A stretch of 64,000 nt of DNA from a bacterium. Lineage in GTDB: Bacteria; UBA10199; JAIBAG01. Positions 9,402 through 19,850 of the stretch are shown here, one piece after another. The stretch lies in assembly GCA_019695305.1 (NCBI GenBank), contig JAIBAG010000001.1:18774-82773 (forward strand), written 5' to 3'. The notes under the pieces are model-generated. The model worked only from the letters and a program-made list of their open reading frames with translations. It was not told the DNA's origin and ran no database searches. Position 1 is the stretch's first letter; every line of letters begins with the position of its first letter. The translations under genes were made by a program, and so were the position numbers.

Positions 9402-11078
9402 TTATTCTGTCTCATCGGGGGCAATAAGGCCATAATCCCTTAGCCGTCTAAATAGCGTGGAACGGGCCATCCCTAAGGCTTCGGCGGCACGCGTGCGGTT
9501 ACCCTGCACTTCGCGCAGCACTTCCAAAATCTTCTGCTTTTCCACCAAGGCTACATGATCAGGGGGAGGAGTAAAACTGGAAGATGCAGGCTCGGGGGAC
9601 GCTACGCTTAATAGCTCAATATCCTGCGGCATAATTTGCGCCTGTGTGGCATATACCATACTGCGGCAAATAACATTGCGCAACTCGCGCACGTTGCCAG
9701 GCCATGGATAGCTAATAAGCTTGTCGCGCGCTTCAAACGATAGGGTTTTGCGATAAGATCCGGATTGTTTTGATAAAAAATGCTCGGCTAAAAGCAGCAC
9801 ATCTCCTACTCGCTCACGCAGTGGCGGCACAAAGAGTGGAATAACATGCAGGCGATAAAAGAGATCTTCTCTAAATTTTCCTTCTTTTACTTTTTCAGTT
9901 AAATTGCGGTGTGTAGCCGCCACAATACGCACATCTACTTTTATTTCTTCGGCACCCCCTACTCGGCGGATTGTGCCATTTTCCAAAACGCGCAAAAGCT
10001 TGGGCTGCAATTCTAACGGCAATTCGCCAATTTCATCCAAAAACAGGGTGCCGCCGTTTGCTTGTTCAAAGGCTCCCGTATGACGACTAATAGCCCCCGT
10101 AAAGGCTCCCTTTTCATGACCAAATAACTCGCTTTCAATCAAATTTGCCGAAATAGCACCGCAATTAAGGATAACATACGGTTTTTCACTGCGTGTAGAA
10201 AGACGATAAAGAGATTGTGCAATTAATTCCTTACCGGTACCCGATTCGCCCTGAATTAAAACGCTTAAATCGGTTGGGGCCACTTTTTGAATTTTTCCAA
10301 AAAGCACCTTCATAACAGAAGTAGTACCCACCATACCCATAAAAAAATCGTCGGTAACAGGCAAAATGGCTTCGGTTTGTTCTTTCCAGCGTATTGTAAG
10401 CTTGGTTTCACCAATACGGATAATATCGTCCGGTTTTAAACCAATATCACCCACGCGCGTATCATTTACATAAGTACCATTGGTTGATTTAAGATCGGTT
10501 AAAAAAATTCCAGAACTTGTAAATTTAAGTTCGCAATGTTTGCCCGATACGTAATCGTCTTTTAACAAAACATCCACACCCTCACGTGAGCCAATGGTAA
10601 TTTTATTTTTTAAAATTTTTACCTCGCGAACACTCCCGGCCTCGTCCAATACTAATAGAGGTTTTTCTACCAGTAATTGATTCCCCAAATCGGCAAGCTT
10701 AATAATTTTGGTGGGGGCTTCGGCCGTATGTGGTGTTAACTGGGTAGATAGACGGGTTGACACCTCCATGCGTAAATCTTCGTCATCTTGCGTGCGTGCT
10801 TCAAAAACAAATTCCCAGGCACCTGCTTTAATACTATCGCCATGATGAAGCATGGCTTCATCGCCAATAGATTTTTGATTAATAAAAATTTTTCCGCCGC
10901 TTTTATCTTTAACACGCGCACTATCGGCCGATAAAAAAAGGGTGAAATGATTTTTAGATAGCTCTTGGTCGTGCAGCGACAAATCACAATCGGGTGCACT
11001 ACCCACTTTAAAAATACCGGGAGGCAAATTAATTTTAAAAAGGGATTTAGCCTCTTTTTTAACGGATAAGCCTGGCAT
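9402..11078 (-). CDS. Sigma-54-dependent transcriptional activator with two N-terminal FHA domains
   Basis: AAA+ sigma-54 interaction domain (GESGTGKE, GAFTGA, ESELFGHEKGAFTGA), a C-terminal Fis-type HTH, and two FHA-like segments at the N-terminus. Confidence 0.85.
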   Translation of the reverse strand: MPGLSVKKEAKSLFKINLPPGIFKVGSAPDCDLSLHDQELSKNHFTLFLSADSARVKDKSGGKIFINQKSIGDEAMLHHGDSIKAGAWEFVFEARTQDDEDLRMEVSTRLSTQLTPHTAEAPTKIIKLADLGNQLLVEKPLLVLDEAGSVREVKILKNKITIGSREGVDVLLKDDYVSGKHCELKFTSSGIFLTDLKSTNGTYVNDTRVGDIGLKPDDIIRIGETKLTIRWKEQTEAILPVTDDFFMGMVGTTSVMKVLFGKIQKVAPTDLSVLIQGESGTGKELIAQSLYRLSTRSEKPYVILNCGAISANLIESELFGHEKGAFTGAISRHTGAFEQANGGTLFLDEIGELPLELQPKLLRVLENGTIRRVGGAEEIKVDVRIVAATHRNLTEKVKEGKFREDLFYRLHVIPLFVPPLRERVGDVLLLAEHFLSKQSGSYRKTLSFEARDKLISYPWPGNVRELRNVICRSMVYATQAQIMPQDIELLSVASPEPASSSFTPPPDHVALVEKQKILEVLREVQGNRTRAAEALGMARSTLFRRLRDYGLIAPDETE

Positions 11079-11201
11079 AAGCCTTGTGTCTAGCTGCGAG
11101 GTTTTGATTTAGCAAGATAGTTTTACGCAATTGGATGGAAAAGTGATAACAAAAATGACGCACCGTGGATAAACTTTTATCCCTTCTTAACAGGGAATTT
11201 C

Positions 11202-11612
11202 TTATTTTTCAAAGCTAACTAAATCGCCCTCTTTAAGTCCCCACACATGACTGCTTCCTCCGTTGACTTCCAGCACATAACGGTAAGATTTTGGTGAGCT
11301 AATATAATCGAGCGATAAGGGTTTGGCGTAAGGGGCTATGTGTACAATTTGTTTAGCGGAATTAATAAAAATTATATCGAGAGTAAGCGGGGTATTTTTC
11401 ATCCAAAATGAATTGTGCACATCTTCCTGCCACACAAAAAGCATGCCGCTAAATTTACCCAAAGATTCGCGAAACATCAGTCCCTTTTCGCGCGCTTCAG
11501 GGGTATCGGCTATTTCTGCGCTAACAACTTTATCCCCTACAATAACCTTAACTTGAGCATTTCCAAAACAGGCCGTAGAAAAGAGAAGAATACAAAATAA
11601 TATTTTTACCGA
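11202..11612 (-). CDS. DUF192 domain-containing secreted protein
   Basis: Length and conserved region (GLMFR...MLFVW) fit DUF192, and a signal peptide is present. The start is probably the GTG at 11610-11612, right after the gyrA stop. The longer ORF would overlap gyrA. Confidence 0.6.
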   Translation of the reverse strand, partial: SVKILFCILLFSTACFGNAQVKVIVGDKVVSAEIADTPEAREKGLMFRESLGKFSGMLFVWQEDVHNSFWMKNTPLTLDIIFINSAKQIVHIAPYAKPLSLDYISSPKSYRYVLEVNGGSSHVWGLKEGDLVSFEK

Positions 11613-11613
11613 T

Positions 11614-14121
11614 TTACTCACTACCTTCCTCAGAAATAGCTTCGGGTGGTAAATCAGCTGCAGTTTCAATGGGAGCGGCTACAGCCACTTCATCGTCACT
11701 TTCGGCAACTTTAGCAACCGATACAACTTTTTCGCCGGTTTCTAAACGTACTAACCGTACACCCTGGGTATTACGTCCCATGTCGGAAATTTGCTTCACA
11801 TGCATGCGGATAATACGGCCCAAGGTAGTAATCAGCATAATGTCGTCAGTTTCAATCACTTCCAAAACACCCACCACATTGCCGGTTTTATCGGTGGTTT
11901 TCATGGTAATAATGCCACTTCCACCACGACCCTGACAACGATACTCGTCGGTGGAGGTTCTTTTACCATAACCCAATTCCGATACAGTAAGCATGCTGGC
12001 ACCTGTAGAAACAACATCCATGCTTACAACACGGTCGCCATTGCCAAGAGAAATACCACGCACGCCGGTAGCTACACGCCCCATGTTACGCACGTCTTCT
12101 TCTTTAAAACGAATGGTTTGGCCTTGTAGGGTAGAAATCATCACATCGTTTTTATTATGTGTTACACGCACCATGACTAATTCATCGCCATCGTCAATAG
12201 AAATGGCAATAATACCACCGGCACGCGGGTTGGAATAAGCCAATAGCTCGGTTTTTTTAACCGTCCCGTTTTTAGTCACAAACACAATGCTTTCGGCCGC
12301 CTCAAAATTTTTAATGGGCATAATCGCCGCCACTTTTTCGTTAGGCTGAAGCGTAATAAGATTGGCAATTGATTTACCCTTGGCGGCGCGGCCGGCCTGG
12401 GGAATTTCATGTACACGCACCCAATGCAAGCGACCCAGCGATGTAAACACCAGCATATAGCTATGTGTGCTGGCAATAAAAAGCTGTTCTACAAAATCTT
12501 CTTCGCGCGTAGCCATACCCATTTTACCTTTACCACCACGGTTTTGTGCACGGTAAATGGCACTGGGGTTACGCTTAATAAAACCTTGATGACTAACAGT
12601 AACCACCATTTCTTCTTCTTGGATAAGATCTTCAACAGAAATATCATCTAAGGAACCAGCCAACAATTCGGTACGGCGGGGATCGGCATATTTGGCTTTA
12701 ATTTCTTTTAATTCATTGGTGATAATTTCAAATACCAGTTTTTCGGACGCCAAAATTTCACGCAGTTTGCCAATTAAGGTTAATACTTCTTTATACTCAT
12801 TAATAATTTTATCCCGTTCAAGCCCCGTTAAGCGTTGCAGGCGCATTTCCAAAATGGCCTGAGCCTGAATTTCGGTTAATCCAAAGCGGGCACACAAGCC
12901 GCTTTTGGCTTCAAGAGGATTGGGTGCTTTTTTAATAAGCGCAATCACTTCGTCGATATTTTCAACAGCAATTTTAAGACCTTCTAAAATATGAGCCCGA
13001 CGAAGCGCTTCTTCCAGTTCAAAATGTGTGCGACGCAAAACAACTTCTTTGCGGTGCGACACAAAAAGAAGTAGCATGTCTTTTAAATTTAAAATTTTAG
13101 GCTGACCGTCTACAATAGCCAACATAATCACGCCAAACGAACTTTGCATGGCGGTATGTTTGTACAGTTGATTAAGCACAACTGAACTTGCGGCCGCTTT
13201 TTTAAGCTCAATCACCACGCGCAAGCCTTCGCGGTCGGATTCGTCGCGAATTTCGCTAATTCCTTCAATTTTATCTTCGTGCACTAGGTTTGCAATCGAC
13301 TCAATAAGGCGCGCTTTATTAACCTGAAACGGAAGTTCGGTAATCACAATCATTTCGCGCTCGGCCTTATTCATGGGTTCAATGGTGGCTTTGGCGCGCA
13401 TCTGCAAAATACCACGACCGGTGCGGTAAGCCTGATGAATACCACCCAAACCATGTATTTGAGCGCCGGTAGGGAAATCGGGGCCTGGCACAATTTTAAT
13501 TAATTCTTCAATAGTCACATCGGGCTTATTAATAACGGCCACCAGCGCATCAATCACTTCACCTAAATTATGGGGAGGAATTTTGGTAGCCATCCCCACA
13601 GCAATACCGTCGGAACCGTTAATTAAAAGATTAGGAACTTTTGTAGGAAGTACGGTGGGTTCTTCGGTAGACGTATCAAAATTAGGGGTAAATTCGACAG
13701 TATTTTTGTCGATGTCGGCCATCATTTCTTCAGCCAAACTCATCATTTTACATTCGGTGTAACGGTAAGCAGCAGCCGAATCACCATCGATGGAACCAAA
13801 GTTACCTTGCCCATCAATTAAGGGGTAACGCATGTTCCATTCTTGCGCCATGCGAACAAGAGAATCATAAACAGCCGAATCGCCATGAGGGTGATATTTT
13901 TTAAGCACTTCCCCCACCACACCGGCGCATTTTGAATAACGCTTGGAAGACAGGAGACCCTCACGAAACATGGCATAAAGGATTCTCCGATGAACCGGTT
14001 TTAAACCGTCACGGATATCAGGTAGCGCACGGCCTACAATCACGCTCATGGCGTAATCGAGGTAAGAGTGCTTCATTTCATCTTCAATGTTAATGCTTTG
14101 AGTTTCTTTTGTAAGGGTCAT
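11614..14121 (-). CDS. gyrA: DNA gyrase subunit A
   Basis: N-terminus [29 protein letters not shown] with the catalytic Tyr region, followed by C-terminal beta-pinwheel repeats. Length is 835 aa. Confidence 0.97.
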   Translation of the reverse strand: MTLTKETQSINIEDEMKHSYLDYAMSVIVGRALPDIRDGLKPVHRRILYAMFREGLLSSKRYSKCAGVVGEVLKKYHPHGDSAVYDSLVRMAQEWNMRYPLIDGQGNFGSIDGDSAAAYRYTECKMMSLAEEMMADIDKNTVEFTPNFDTSTEEPTVLPTKVPNLLINGSDGIAVGMATKIPPHNLGEVIDALVAVINKPDVTIEELIKIVPGPDFPTGAQIHGLGGIHQAYRTGRGILQMRAKATIEPMNKAEREMIVITELPFQVNKARLIESIANLVHEDKIEGISEIRDESDREGLRVVIELKKAAASSVVLNQLYKHTAMQSSFGVIMLAIVDGQPKILNLKDMLLLFVSHRKEVVLRRTHFELEEALRRAHILEGLKIAVENIDEVIALIKKAPNPLEAKSGLCARFGLTEIQAQAILEMRLQRLTGLERDKIINEYKEVLTLIGKLREILASEKLVFEIITNELKEIKAKYADPRRTELLAGSLDDISVEDLIQEEEMVVTVSHQGFIKRNPSAIYRAQNRGGKGKMGMATREEDFVEQLFIASTHSYMLVFTSLGRLHWVRVHEIPQAGRAAKGKSIANLITLQPNEKVAAIMPIKNFEAAESIVFVTKNGTVKKTELLAYSNPRAGGIIAISIDDGDELVMVRVTHNKNDVMISTLQGQTIRFKEEDVRNMGRVATGVRGISLGNGDRVVSMDVVSTGASMLTVSELGYGKRTSTDEYRCQGRGGSGIITMKTTDKTGNVVGVLEVIETDDIMLITTLGRIIRMHVKQISDMGRNTQGVRLVRLETGEKVVSVAKVAESDDEVAVAAPIETAADLPPEAISEEGSE

Positions 14122-14253
14122 GGGCGTCTATTTTTACGAGTGAAAATTGATCAATTTTTATAGAAATTTATGCCCCAAAAGTCAATTGTGAAAGAGAGGT
14201 TTTTAACTTTATTTTCAACTCTTTTTCTCCTCTTAAACACCCAAAATCAGAAG

Positions 14254-14405
14254 GACTGGGTTGTATTTAAAAATTTGAGAAAACGTGTGGCCAACCTTAT
14301 AAGCCCTCACTCCACCACCCAAAAGACTCGTTTCCCAGCAATGGTGAGGGCGTCATCTAATAGACAGCCTCCACGTTTTCTCAAATTTTTAAATACAGCC
14401 CAGTC
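14254..14405. repeat. Nested-hairpin element, copy 2: same conserved core as 7191..7349 but with different ~35-bp terminal inverted repeats
   Basis: 14254-14290 is the near-perfect reverse complement of 14371-14405. The core AAGCCCTCAC...GGTGAGGGCGTCATCTAATAGACAG matches copy 1, while the outer arms differ in sequence and still pair. Confidence 0.7.
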
Positions 14406-14664
14406 CAATGCACTGCGTCAACTGAACAAAAGTGTTCAAACTGGCAAATTCGCATGTTTTCTGCATTTGCGGGCGTTAAAAAAATACATGGCCCGCATTA
14501 TTAATCTTGACTTTGGTTTGCCGTTCGCTATCCTTTTCAAACTTCAACATTTTTCTTCGTGCAAAAATTTTTTCCCACGAAGATTACAGGGCTTCTTGCA
14601 TAACGCTTAAGCCTAACCGGGCAATACGTTATACAAAAAGACCAATACCTTAAGGAGGTAACAA

Positions 14665-14937
14665 ATGACTAAAGCCGAACTGATCGATCAGATCGCAAAT
14701 GAAGCTGAATGTTCCAAGGCTCAAGCCGAAAAAGCCTTGAACGCCGCTACCGACTCTATTGCCAAGTGCCTTAAAAAGGGTGGTAAAATTACCTTAACCG
14801 GTTTTGGAACTTTCTCGGTTTCTAAACGTAAGGCCCGTATTGGCCGTAACCCTCAAACCGGCGCCGAAATTAAAATTAAGGCTACCCGTGTTCCTAAATT
14901 TAAGGCCGGTCAGGCTTTAAAAAGTCTTGTTAGCTAA
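14665..14937 (+). CDS. hup: HU family DNA-binding protein
   Basis: Typical 90-aa HU sequence (MTKAELIDQIA...GFGTF...RNPQTGAEI). AAGGAGG Shine-Dalgarno upstream. Confidence 0.93.
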   Translation: MTKAELIDQIANEAECSKAQAEKALNAATDSIAKCLKKGGKITLTGFGTFSVSKRKARIGRNPQTGAEIKIKATRVPKFKAGQALKSLVS

Positions 14938-14961
14938 TAAGACTGAAATTGTGTTACAATA

Positions 14962-14994
14962 AGGGCGTCCTTTCAAAAGGACGCCCTTTTTTTA
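14962..14994 (+). terminator. Rho-independent terminator downstream of hup
   Basis: 10-bp stem AGGGCGTCCT/AGGACGCCCT with loop TTCAAA, followed by TTTTTTT. Confidence 0.85.
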
Positions 14995-15034
14995 TAGGAC
15001 CCCTGTCTCACAAGGGAAAAGGCATAAAAAGTAA

Positions 15035-15400
15035 ATGACATCTAAAGATAAAAAAGATTTTGACTGGAAAGAAGGCGCAAAGCTTAAAGGTGACGACTAC
15101 GACGCCCTGGGTGACGTACGCACAACCGGCTTTACCAAGCTTGCCGATGGTATTTATGCCGACCCCGAAGCCCGCAAAAAAGCTCGTACTCAAAAACTAA
15201 ACAAAGCCCCCAAAATAAAAGACGGTGAATTTATTTTTGAAGAAACCGAATCGGGATTATCGGGTAATTTCACACCAACAAACGCCGAAAAATATCTTAA
15301 AAAAGAAGGCAAATTTAAAGGTATCCGCCAGTTTGACGATACATCCGTTTCTGGTTCTTACGATAAAATCGACAAAACTGAAAAATCAAAAAAGCCTTAG
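15035..15400 (+). CDS. Hypothetical Lys/Asp-rich protein of 121 aa, probably disordered
   Basis: ORF with ATG start. Composition is highly charged and low in complexity. No recognised motif. Confidence 0.45.
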   Translation: MTSKDKKDFDWKEGAKLKGDDYDALGDVRTTGFTKLADGIYADPEARKKARTQKLNKAPKIKDGEFIFEETESGLSGNFTPTNAEKYLKKEGKFKGIRQFDDTSVSGSYDKIDKTEKSKKP

Positions 15401-15454
15401 CCCAATATTTTCCCCTATTGATTTAAAACTCCACATTGCCTATAGCTTCGCACT

Positions 15455-16360
15455 ATGAATGCTCCCACGCTTCATTCTGCAAGCCCTACGCCTCCCCAAA
15501 AGCCATCTGTATCGCTGGCCGAGGCTTATACCTTTTGCCTAAAATTGGCTCAGGGCCATTATGAAAATTTTCCTGTAGCTTCTTTTATTTTACCTAAAAA
15601 AATTCGTAAGCCGGTTGCCGCTATTTATGCCTTTTCACGAACGGCCGACGATTTTGCCGATGAAAAGGAACATGAAGGTTTGCGGATGGAAAAATTAAAG
15701 GACTGGGAAAAAGAATTAAAAACAATGGATTCTTCCCAAAACCCCATTTTTATTGCCTTAAACGACACGGTTAAAAATTTTAATGTGCCCGTATCGTTAT
15801 TGTCTGATCTTCTAACCGCTTTTAAAATGGATGTAACCGTAAACCGTTACAATAATTTTGAACAACTCTTAAACTATTGCCGCTATTCGGCCAATCCCGT
15901 AGGGCGTTTAGTTCTTACAATTATGGGGTATCCGGCTCCCAAGTTTATGGAGTATTCCGATTATATATGTACCGCTTTGCAACTGGCCAACCATTGGCAA
16001 GATGTTGGTATTGACGTTGATAAAAACCGCGTGTATCTCCCGCACGAAGATATGCTGCGCTTTGGCTATACCGAAAATGATCTTTTGGCTAAACGCTATA
16101 ATGTGCAATTTAAGAGGTTAATGAGTTTTGAAGTAGAACGCGCTATGGAACTTTTTGAGCAAGGAAAGCCTTTATGCGCTCTCTTACCTGGCCGTTTAGG
16201 TTTTGAAATACGTCTCACCTGGTTGGGTGGCGTGAGTATTCTTAAAAAAATAAAGGAAGTAGATGGTGACGTTTTTAACCATCGTCCACAGCTCACTAAA
16301 ATGGAAATGGCTAAACTTGCGTTTAACGCCTTGAGCCGAAACCACTTTAAAGGTATATAA
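15455..16360 (+). CDS. hpnC: Squalene/phytoene synthase family protein, HpnC-like (hydroxysqualene synthase)
   Basis: YENFPVASF motif and Asp-rich boxes (DDFADE) of trans-isoprenyl diphosphate synthases. Typical hpnC-hpnD gene order. Confidence 0.72.
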   Translation: MNAPTLHSASPTPPQKPSVSLAEAYTFCLKLAQGHYENFPVASFILPKKIRKPVAAIYAFSRTADDFADEKEHEGLRMEKLKDWEKELKTMDSSQNPIFIALNDTVKNFNVPVSLLSDLLTAFKMDVTVNRYNNFEQLLNYCRYSANPVGRLVLTIMGYPAPKFMEYSDYICTALQLANHWQDVGIDVDKNRVYLPHEDMLRFGYTENDLLAKRYNVQFKRLMSFEVERAMELFEQGKPLCALLPGRLGFEIRLTWLGGVSILKKIKEVDGDVFNHRPQLTKMEMAKLAFNALSRNHFKGI

Positions 16361-16365
16361 ACAAC

Positions 16366-17247
16366 ATGACTTCTAAAGTTGAAATACTTCCTAGCGATGA
16401 AGCCTTAAGTGGCCTGCCCAACGCAGCTACCATTACAGCCAGAGCCAAATCTAATTTTTCAAGTGCCTTTATTTTTTTGCCAGCCGAAAAACGCCTTGCC
16501 ATGAAGCGCGTATACGCTTTTTTTAGAGTTATTGACGATGTAGTCGATGAAGAACCCAATCCACTTCGCCAAAAAACCTTAATTGATTCGTGGAAACGTG
16601 AACTAGACAACACCTATAAAGGCACTACTATCGTTCCCTTACTTCAGGAACTTAAGGAATCTATCGATCGATTTCATATTCCAAAAGATTATTTTTTAAA
16701 GCTCATTGAAGGCTGTGAAATGGATATCACCAAAACTCGTTATGAAACTTTTGAGGAATTATACGAGTACTGCTACCGGGTTGCATCCATGGTGGGGCTT
16801 GTGTGTATGAAAATTTTTGAATTTGAAAGCCCTACATCTCAAAAAACAGCAATCGATTTGGGAATTGCCTTACAACTCACCAATATTATTAGAGACGTAG
16901 GTGTAGATTATTTTACCAAAGGCCGTATTTATTTGCCGTATGACGATTTAAAACGTTTTGGGATTACGGCTAACGATATTGAAAATAAAACAATGACACC
17001 CCCATTGCGTGCACTTCTTAATTTTCAATACGAACGGGCTGTACGTTATTACGAAAGCGGTGTGTCGGAATTTAACAACGATAAGCACAACAAACTACTG
17101 GCTGCCCGTATTATGGCCAGCGTTTACCGCACCATTTTAGAAAAAATTCGCAAAAAAGATTATCCTGTGCTCGAACCCAAACCTCTTAAGCTTAGCTTTA
17201 CCCGAAAAATGCTTATTTTGGCCCGTGTAATGCTTTTTTCGCACTAA
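16366..17247 (+). CDS. hpnD: Squalene/phytoene synthase family protein, HpnD-like (presqualene diphosphate synthase)
   Basis: SNFSSAFIFLP and VIDDVVDE motifs. 293 aa, directly downstream of hpnC. Confidence 0.72.
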   Translation: MTSKVEILPSDEALSGLPNAATITARAKSNFSSAFIFLPAEKRLAMKRVYAFFRVIDDVVDEEPNPLRQKTLIDSWKRELDNTYKGTTIVPLLQELKESIDRFHIPKDYFLKLIEGCEMDITKTRYETFEELYEYCYRVASMVGLVCMKIFEFESPTSQKTAIDLGIALQLTNIIRDVGVDYFTKGRIYLPYDDLKRFGITANDIENKTMTPPLRALLNFQYERAVRYYESGVSEFNNDKHNKLLAARIMASVYRTILEKIRKKDYPVLEPKPLKLSFTRKMLILARVMLFSH

Positions 17248-17264
17248 ATGAACTGCTCTGTAAT

Positions 17265-18914
17265 TTACTTAGAATCCCCAAACGATTTAGCCAAAACAGT
17301 ATCGTATTTGTAAATATCGTTCCCAAATTTAAGAATACCGTCATCATCCACCCAGGCAGTTTGGTAAAAAAGATGGATGGGCACGTGATGTTTCAGTGGC
17401 ACGGTGGTAAGCGCACCGCCGCTCATGGCTTTAATTTTTTTCATATCCCAGCCTTTTACATCACGTAAAATCCACTCGGCCATTTCCATGGGTTTTTCAA
17501 TACGAATACAACCCGAACTAAAGGCTCGTACACCACCTTTAAACAAATTGTGGTCGTTGGTATCGTGCAAATAAACATCTTCCCCATTGGGAAAAATAAA
17601 TTTGATGGTCCCTAAAGCATTATCGGTACCCGGACGCTGCACAATGCGATAATTAAAATTATCTTCATTTACATTTTTCCAATCAATTGTTGCAGGATCT
17701 ACCTCGGTTACATTTCCGTTATCGGTGGTATATACTTTCATCCCCATATTTTTTAAAAAATCGGGATTGTTTTGAATTTTGGATAGTTTGTCTTTAACAG
17801 CGATACTTTTGGGAACTGTCCATGTGGGGTTAAACACTACAAACTCAATTTCATCGCTAAAAAGAGGCGTTTTCCTGTCGGGACGGCCGGCAATCACGTT
17901 CATACCTAAGCGGGTACTCTCGCCATCTTTTACCTTAAGATAAAAACCCGGGATATTTACAAACACATAAGGACGTGAGGTGTCGGGTCTAAAACCACGC
18001 AAACGATCAAGACTAATACGGATACGTGCTAATTTTTGTTCGGGTGTTAAATTAAGCGCTTCTAAAGTTCCGCCACCAATCACACCATCCGGAGGCAAGG
18101 CATGTACTTCCTGAAACTTTTTTACCGCTATAACCAAATTATCATCGTAGGTGGTGGAGGCGTTATCAGCTTTTAAATAGCCTTCGGCCTGCAGACGTTT
18201 GCGGACTTCACGGATACGTAAATCGCGCATACCTGGTTCTAACTTGGCACCACCGGCCACTTTGGGCCACTCCATTTTAGGATAAGTTTTTAATACCCGT
18301 AAATATGCTTCTTTAAGCGTTCTATAGTCACGACTATTAGGTAACAATTCATTAAGGGCTGTACGGACAGCCCCATTTTGGGCATCCGTTAAAAATTGAA
18401 CATAGTTGAATGAGTTTGCATTTTTTACCCATTCCACTTTAGAGCCAACTCGTGGAAAAAGACCAAAACGATAAGCCGAAGTAAGAGCAAAAAATGCATC
18501 CGTCATCAGAACATCGGCTTTGGCCATAGATTCGGGGTTTACTTTTTTACCGCTTGATTTGAGATAATCTTCTAAAATTTTTTTATGAAACAGAGAAAAT
18601 CCCAAACCTTCATTTGCAGATTCATTGAGAATGCGTAAAAGATCTATTCCTTTACGTGTTAATCTTCCTTCAAAAAACCAGGCTGGTAAATGCCCTCGGC
18701 TTTCGTAAAAACTTTTTACTAAACTCAACGCTTTAAGCGAGGCATCCAATTTTTTGGAATTATTGATAACAGTAGAAATTTCTTTAGCACCATCAGAGTC
18801 ATTTTGTGCAAAAACAGGTGAGATAGTACCGGCAATGATTATGAAACAAAAAATATACTTTTTTAAACTGCCTAAAACAAACTGCCTGGAACCATAAAGG
18901 AATTTTTTATACAT
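17265..18914 (-). CDS. L,D-transpeptidase, YcbB/LdtD-like (PG-binding domain plus YkuD catalytic domain)
   Basis: PG_binding_1-like segment (KKFQEVHALPPDGVIGGGTLEAL) and the YkuD active site HDTN...SSGCIRI. Signal peptide present. The internal ATG at 18912-18914 is preferred to the TTG-initiated extension. Confidence 0.75.
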   Translation of the reverse strand: MYKKFLYGSRQFVLGSLKKYIFCFIIIAGTISPVFAQNDSDGAKEISTVINNSKKLDASLKALSLVKSFYESRGHLPAWFFEGRLTRKGIDLLRILNESANEGLGFSLFHKKILEDYLKSSGKKVNPESMAKADVLMTDAFFALTSAYRFGLFPRVGSKVEWVKNANSFNYVQFLTDAQNGAVRTALNELLPNSRDYRTLKEAYLRVLKTYPKMEWPKVAGGAKLEPGMRDLRIREVRKRLQAEGYLKADNASTTYDDNLVIAVKKFQEVHALPPDGVIGGGTLEALNLTPEQKLARIRISLDRLRGFRPDTSRPYVFVNIPGFYLKVKDGESTRLGMNVIAGRPDRKTPLFSDEIEFVVFNPTWTVPKSIAVKDKLSKIQNNPDFLKNMGMKVYTTDNGNVTEVDPATIDWKNVNEDNFNYRIVQRPGTDNALGTIKFIFPNGEDVYLHDTNDHNLFKGGVRAFSSGCIRIEKPMEMAEWILRDVKGWDMKKIKAMSGGALTTVPLKHHVPIHLFYQTAWVDDDGILKFGNDIYKYDTVLAKSFGDSK

Positions 18915-19042
18915 ATAATAATAAATTATTGATGAGGGTTTTTTTAAAAAATAAACCAACCATATCCTTAAATTATAACAATGGTCAAGATTGCATAATT
19001 TTTCAATTGCACCCCTAAAAACGTGGTGTTAGGCCTTTTTCA

Positions 19043-19849
19043 ATGACCTATTTTTTATCACTCTGCGAGTATATTTTCTTACGTTTAGTCAGACGCTTTT
19101 TCTTTACCGACAATGTGTTAGTGAAAGTTGGCAAATTGCTCCCTTACTACAGGGTCAATAGAGGGCAATCTAATTTTAAAAAATTAGTGGATGATTATGA
19201 GAGGCATTTAAAGAGTGTAAACAGTTCCCTCCAAAATAAATCTGTTCTCGAAATAGGTATAGGGAGTACTAATGCCAATGGATACGAAATTATTGCTCGC
19301 AACGCAGCCTTTTATTATGGGCTTGAACCTTATAGAAGCTTGGATATTTTACAAAATCAGCATGCCCTAACACTTTTACAAAACGAGCATCCCGATAAAA
19401 CCCTTTTATTTGAAAACTGCACTTCCCGCATCACATCATTTAAAGAAATAAAACCTAATTCAATTGATATTGTTCTTTCCAGTTCTGTTTTAGAACATGT
19501 AGAAAACAATAAACTTTTGTTTGAAAATATTAAAAAATGCCTTAAACCAGACGGTATCATGATTCACCAGGTAGATTATCGCGATCATTTTTTTAAATAC
19601 CCCTACCATTTTCTTATTTTTTCAAAAAAAATATGGAATACTTTTTTAAACCCGGGTGATTTGTATCGGTATAGGCTAGATGACCACATTAAAATACTTG
19701 ATGAGTTAGAATTTAAAACAAAAATACTGTCCAAACAAAGTTTAGAAAATGATTTTATAAAAATAAAAAAACACATAAACCCTCTTTTTCAAGGTTATTC
19801 TGAAGAATCATTAAAAACATCAGAGGCAGTTCTTTGTTCTCACTGTTAG
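19043..19849 (+). CDS. Class I SAM-dependent methyltransferase
   Basis: Motif I (VLEIGIGS) and the post-I acidic region. LKPDGIMI motif. Confidence 0.6.
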   Translation: MTYFLSLCEYIFLRLVRRFFFTDNVLVKVGKLLPYYRVNRGQSNFKKLVDDYERHLKSVNSSLQNKSVLEIGIGSTNANGYEIIARNAAFYYGLEPYRSLDILQNQHALTLLQNEHPDKTLLFENCTSRITSFKEIKPNSIDIVLSSSVLEHVENNKLLFENIKKCLKPDGIMIHQVDYRDHFFKYPYHFLIFSKKIWNTFLNPGDLYRYRLDDHIKILDELEFKTKILSKQSLENDFIKIKKHINPLFQGYSEESLKTSEAVLCSHC

Positions 19850-19850
19850 T

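Noticed and set aside
7191-14405. The repeated hairpin elements as a CRISPR array
   Set aside because: The repeats are inverted rather than short direct repeats with regular spacers, they are 7 kb apart, and no cas genes are present.
14170-14610. 146-aa ORF in the gyrA-hup intergenic region
   Set aside because: It runs straight through the palindromic nested-hairpin element and the promoter region. Composition is not protein-like, and it has no start context.
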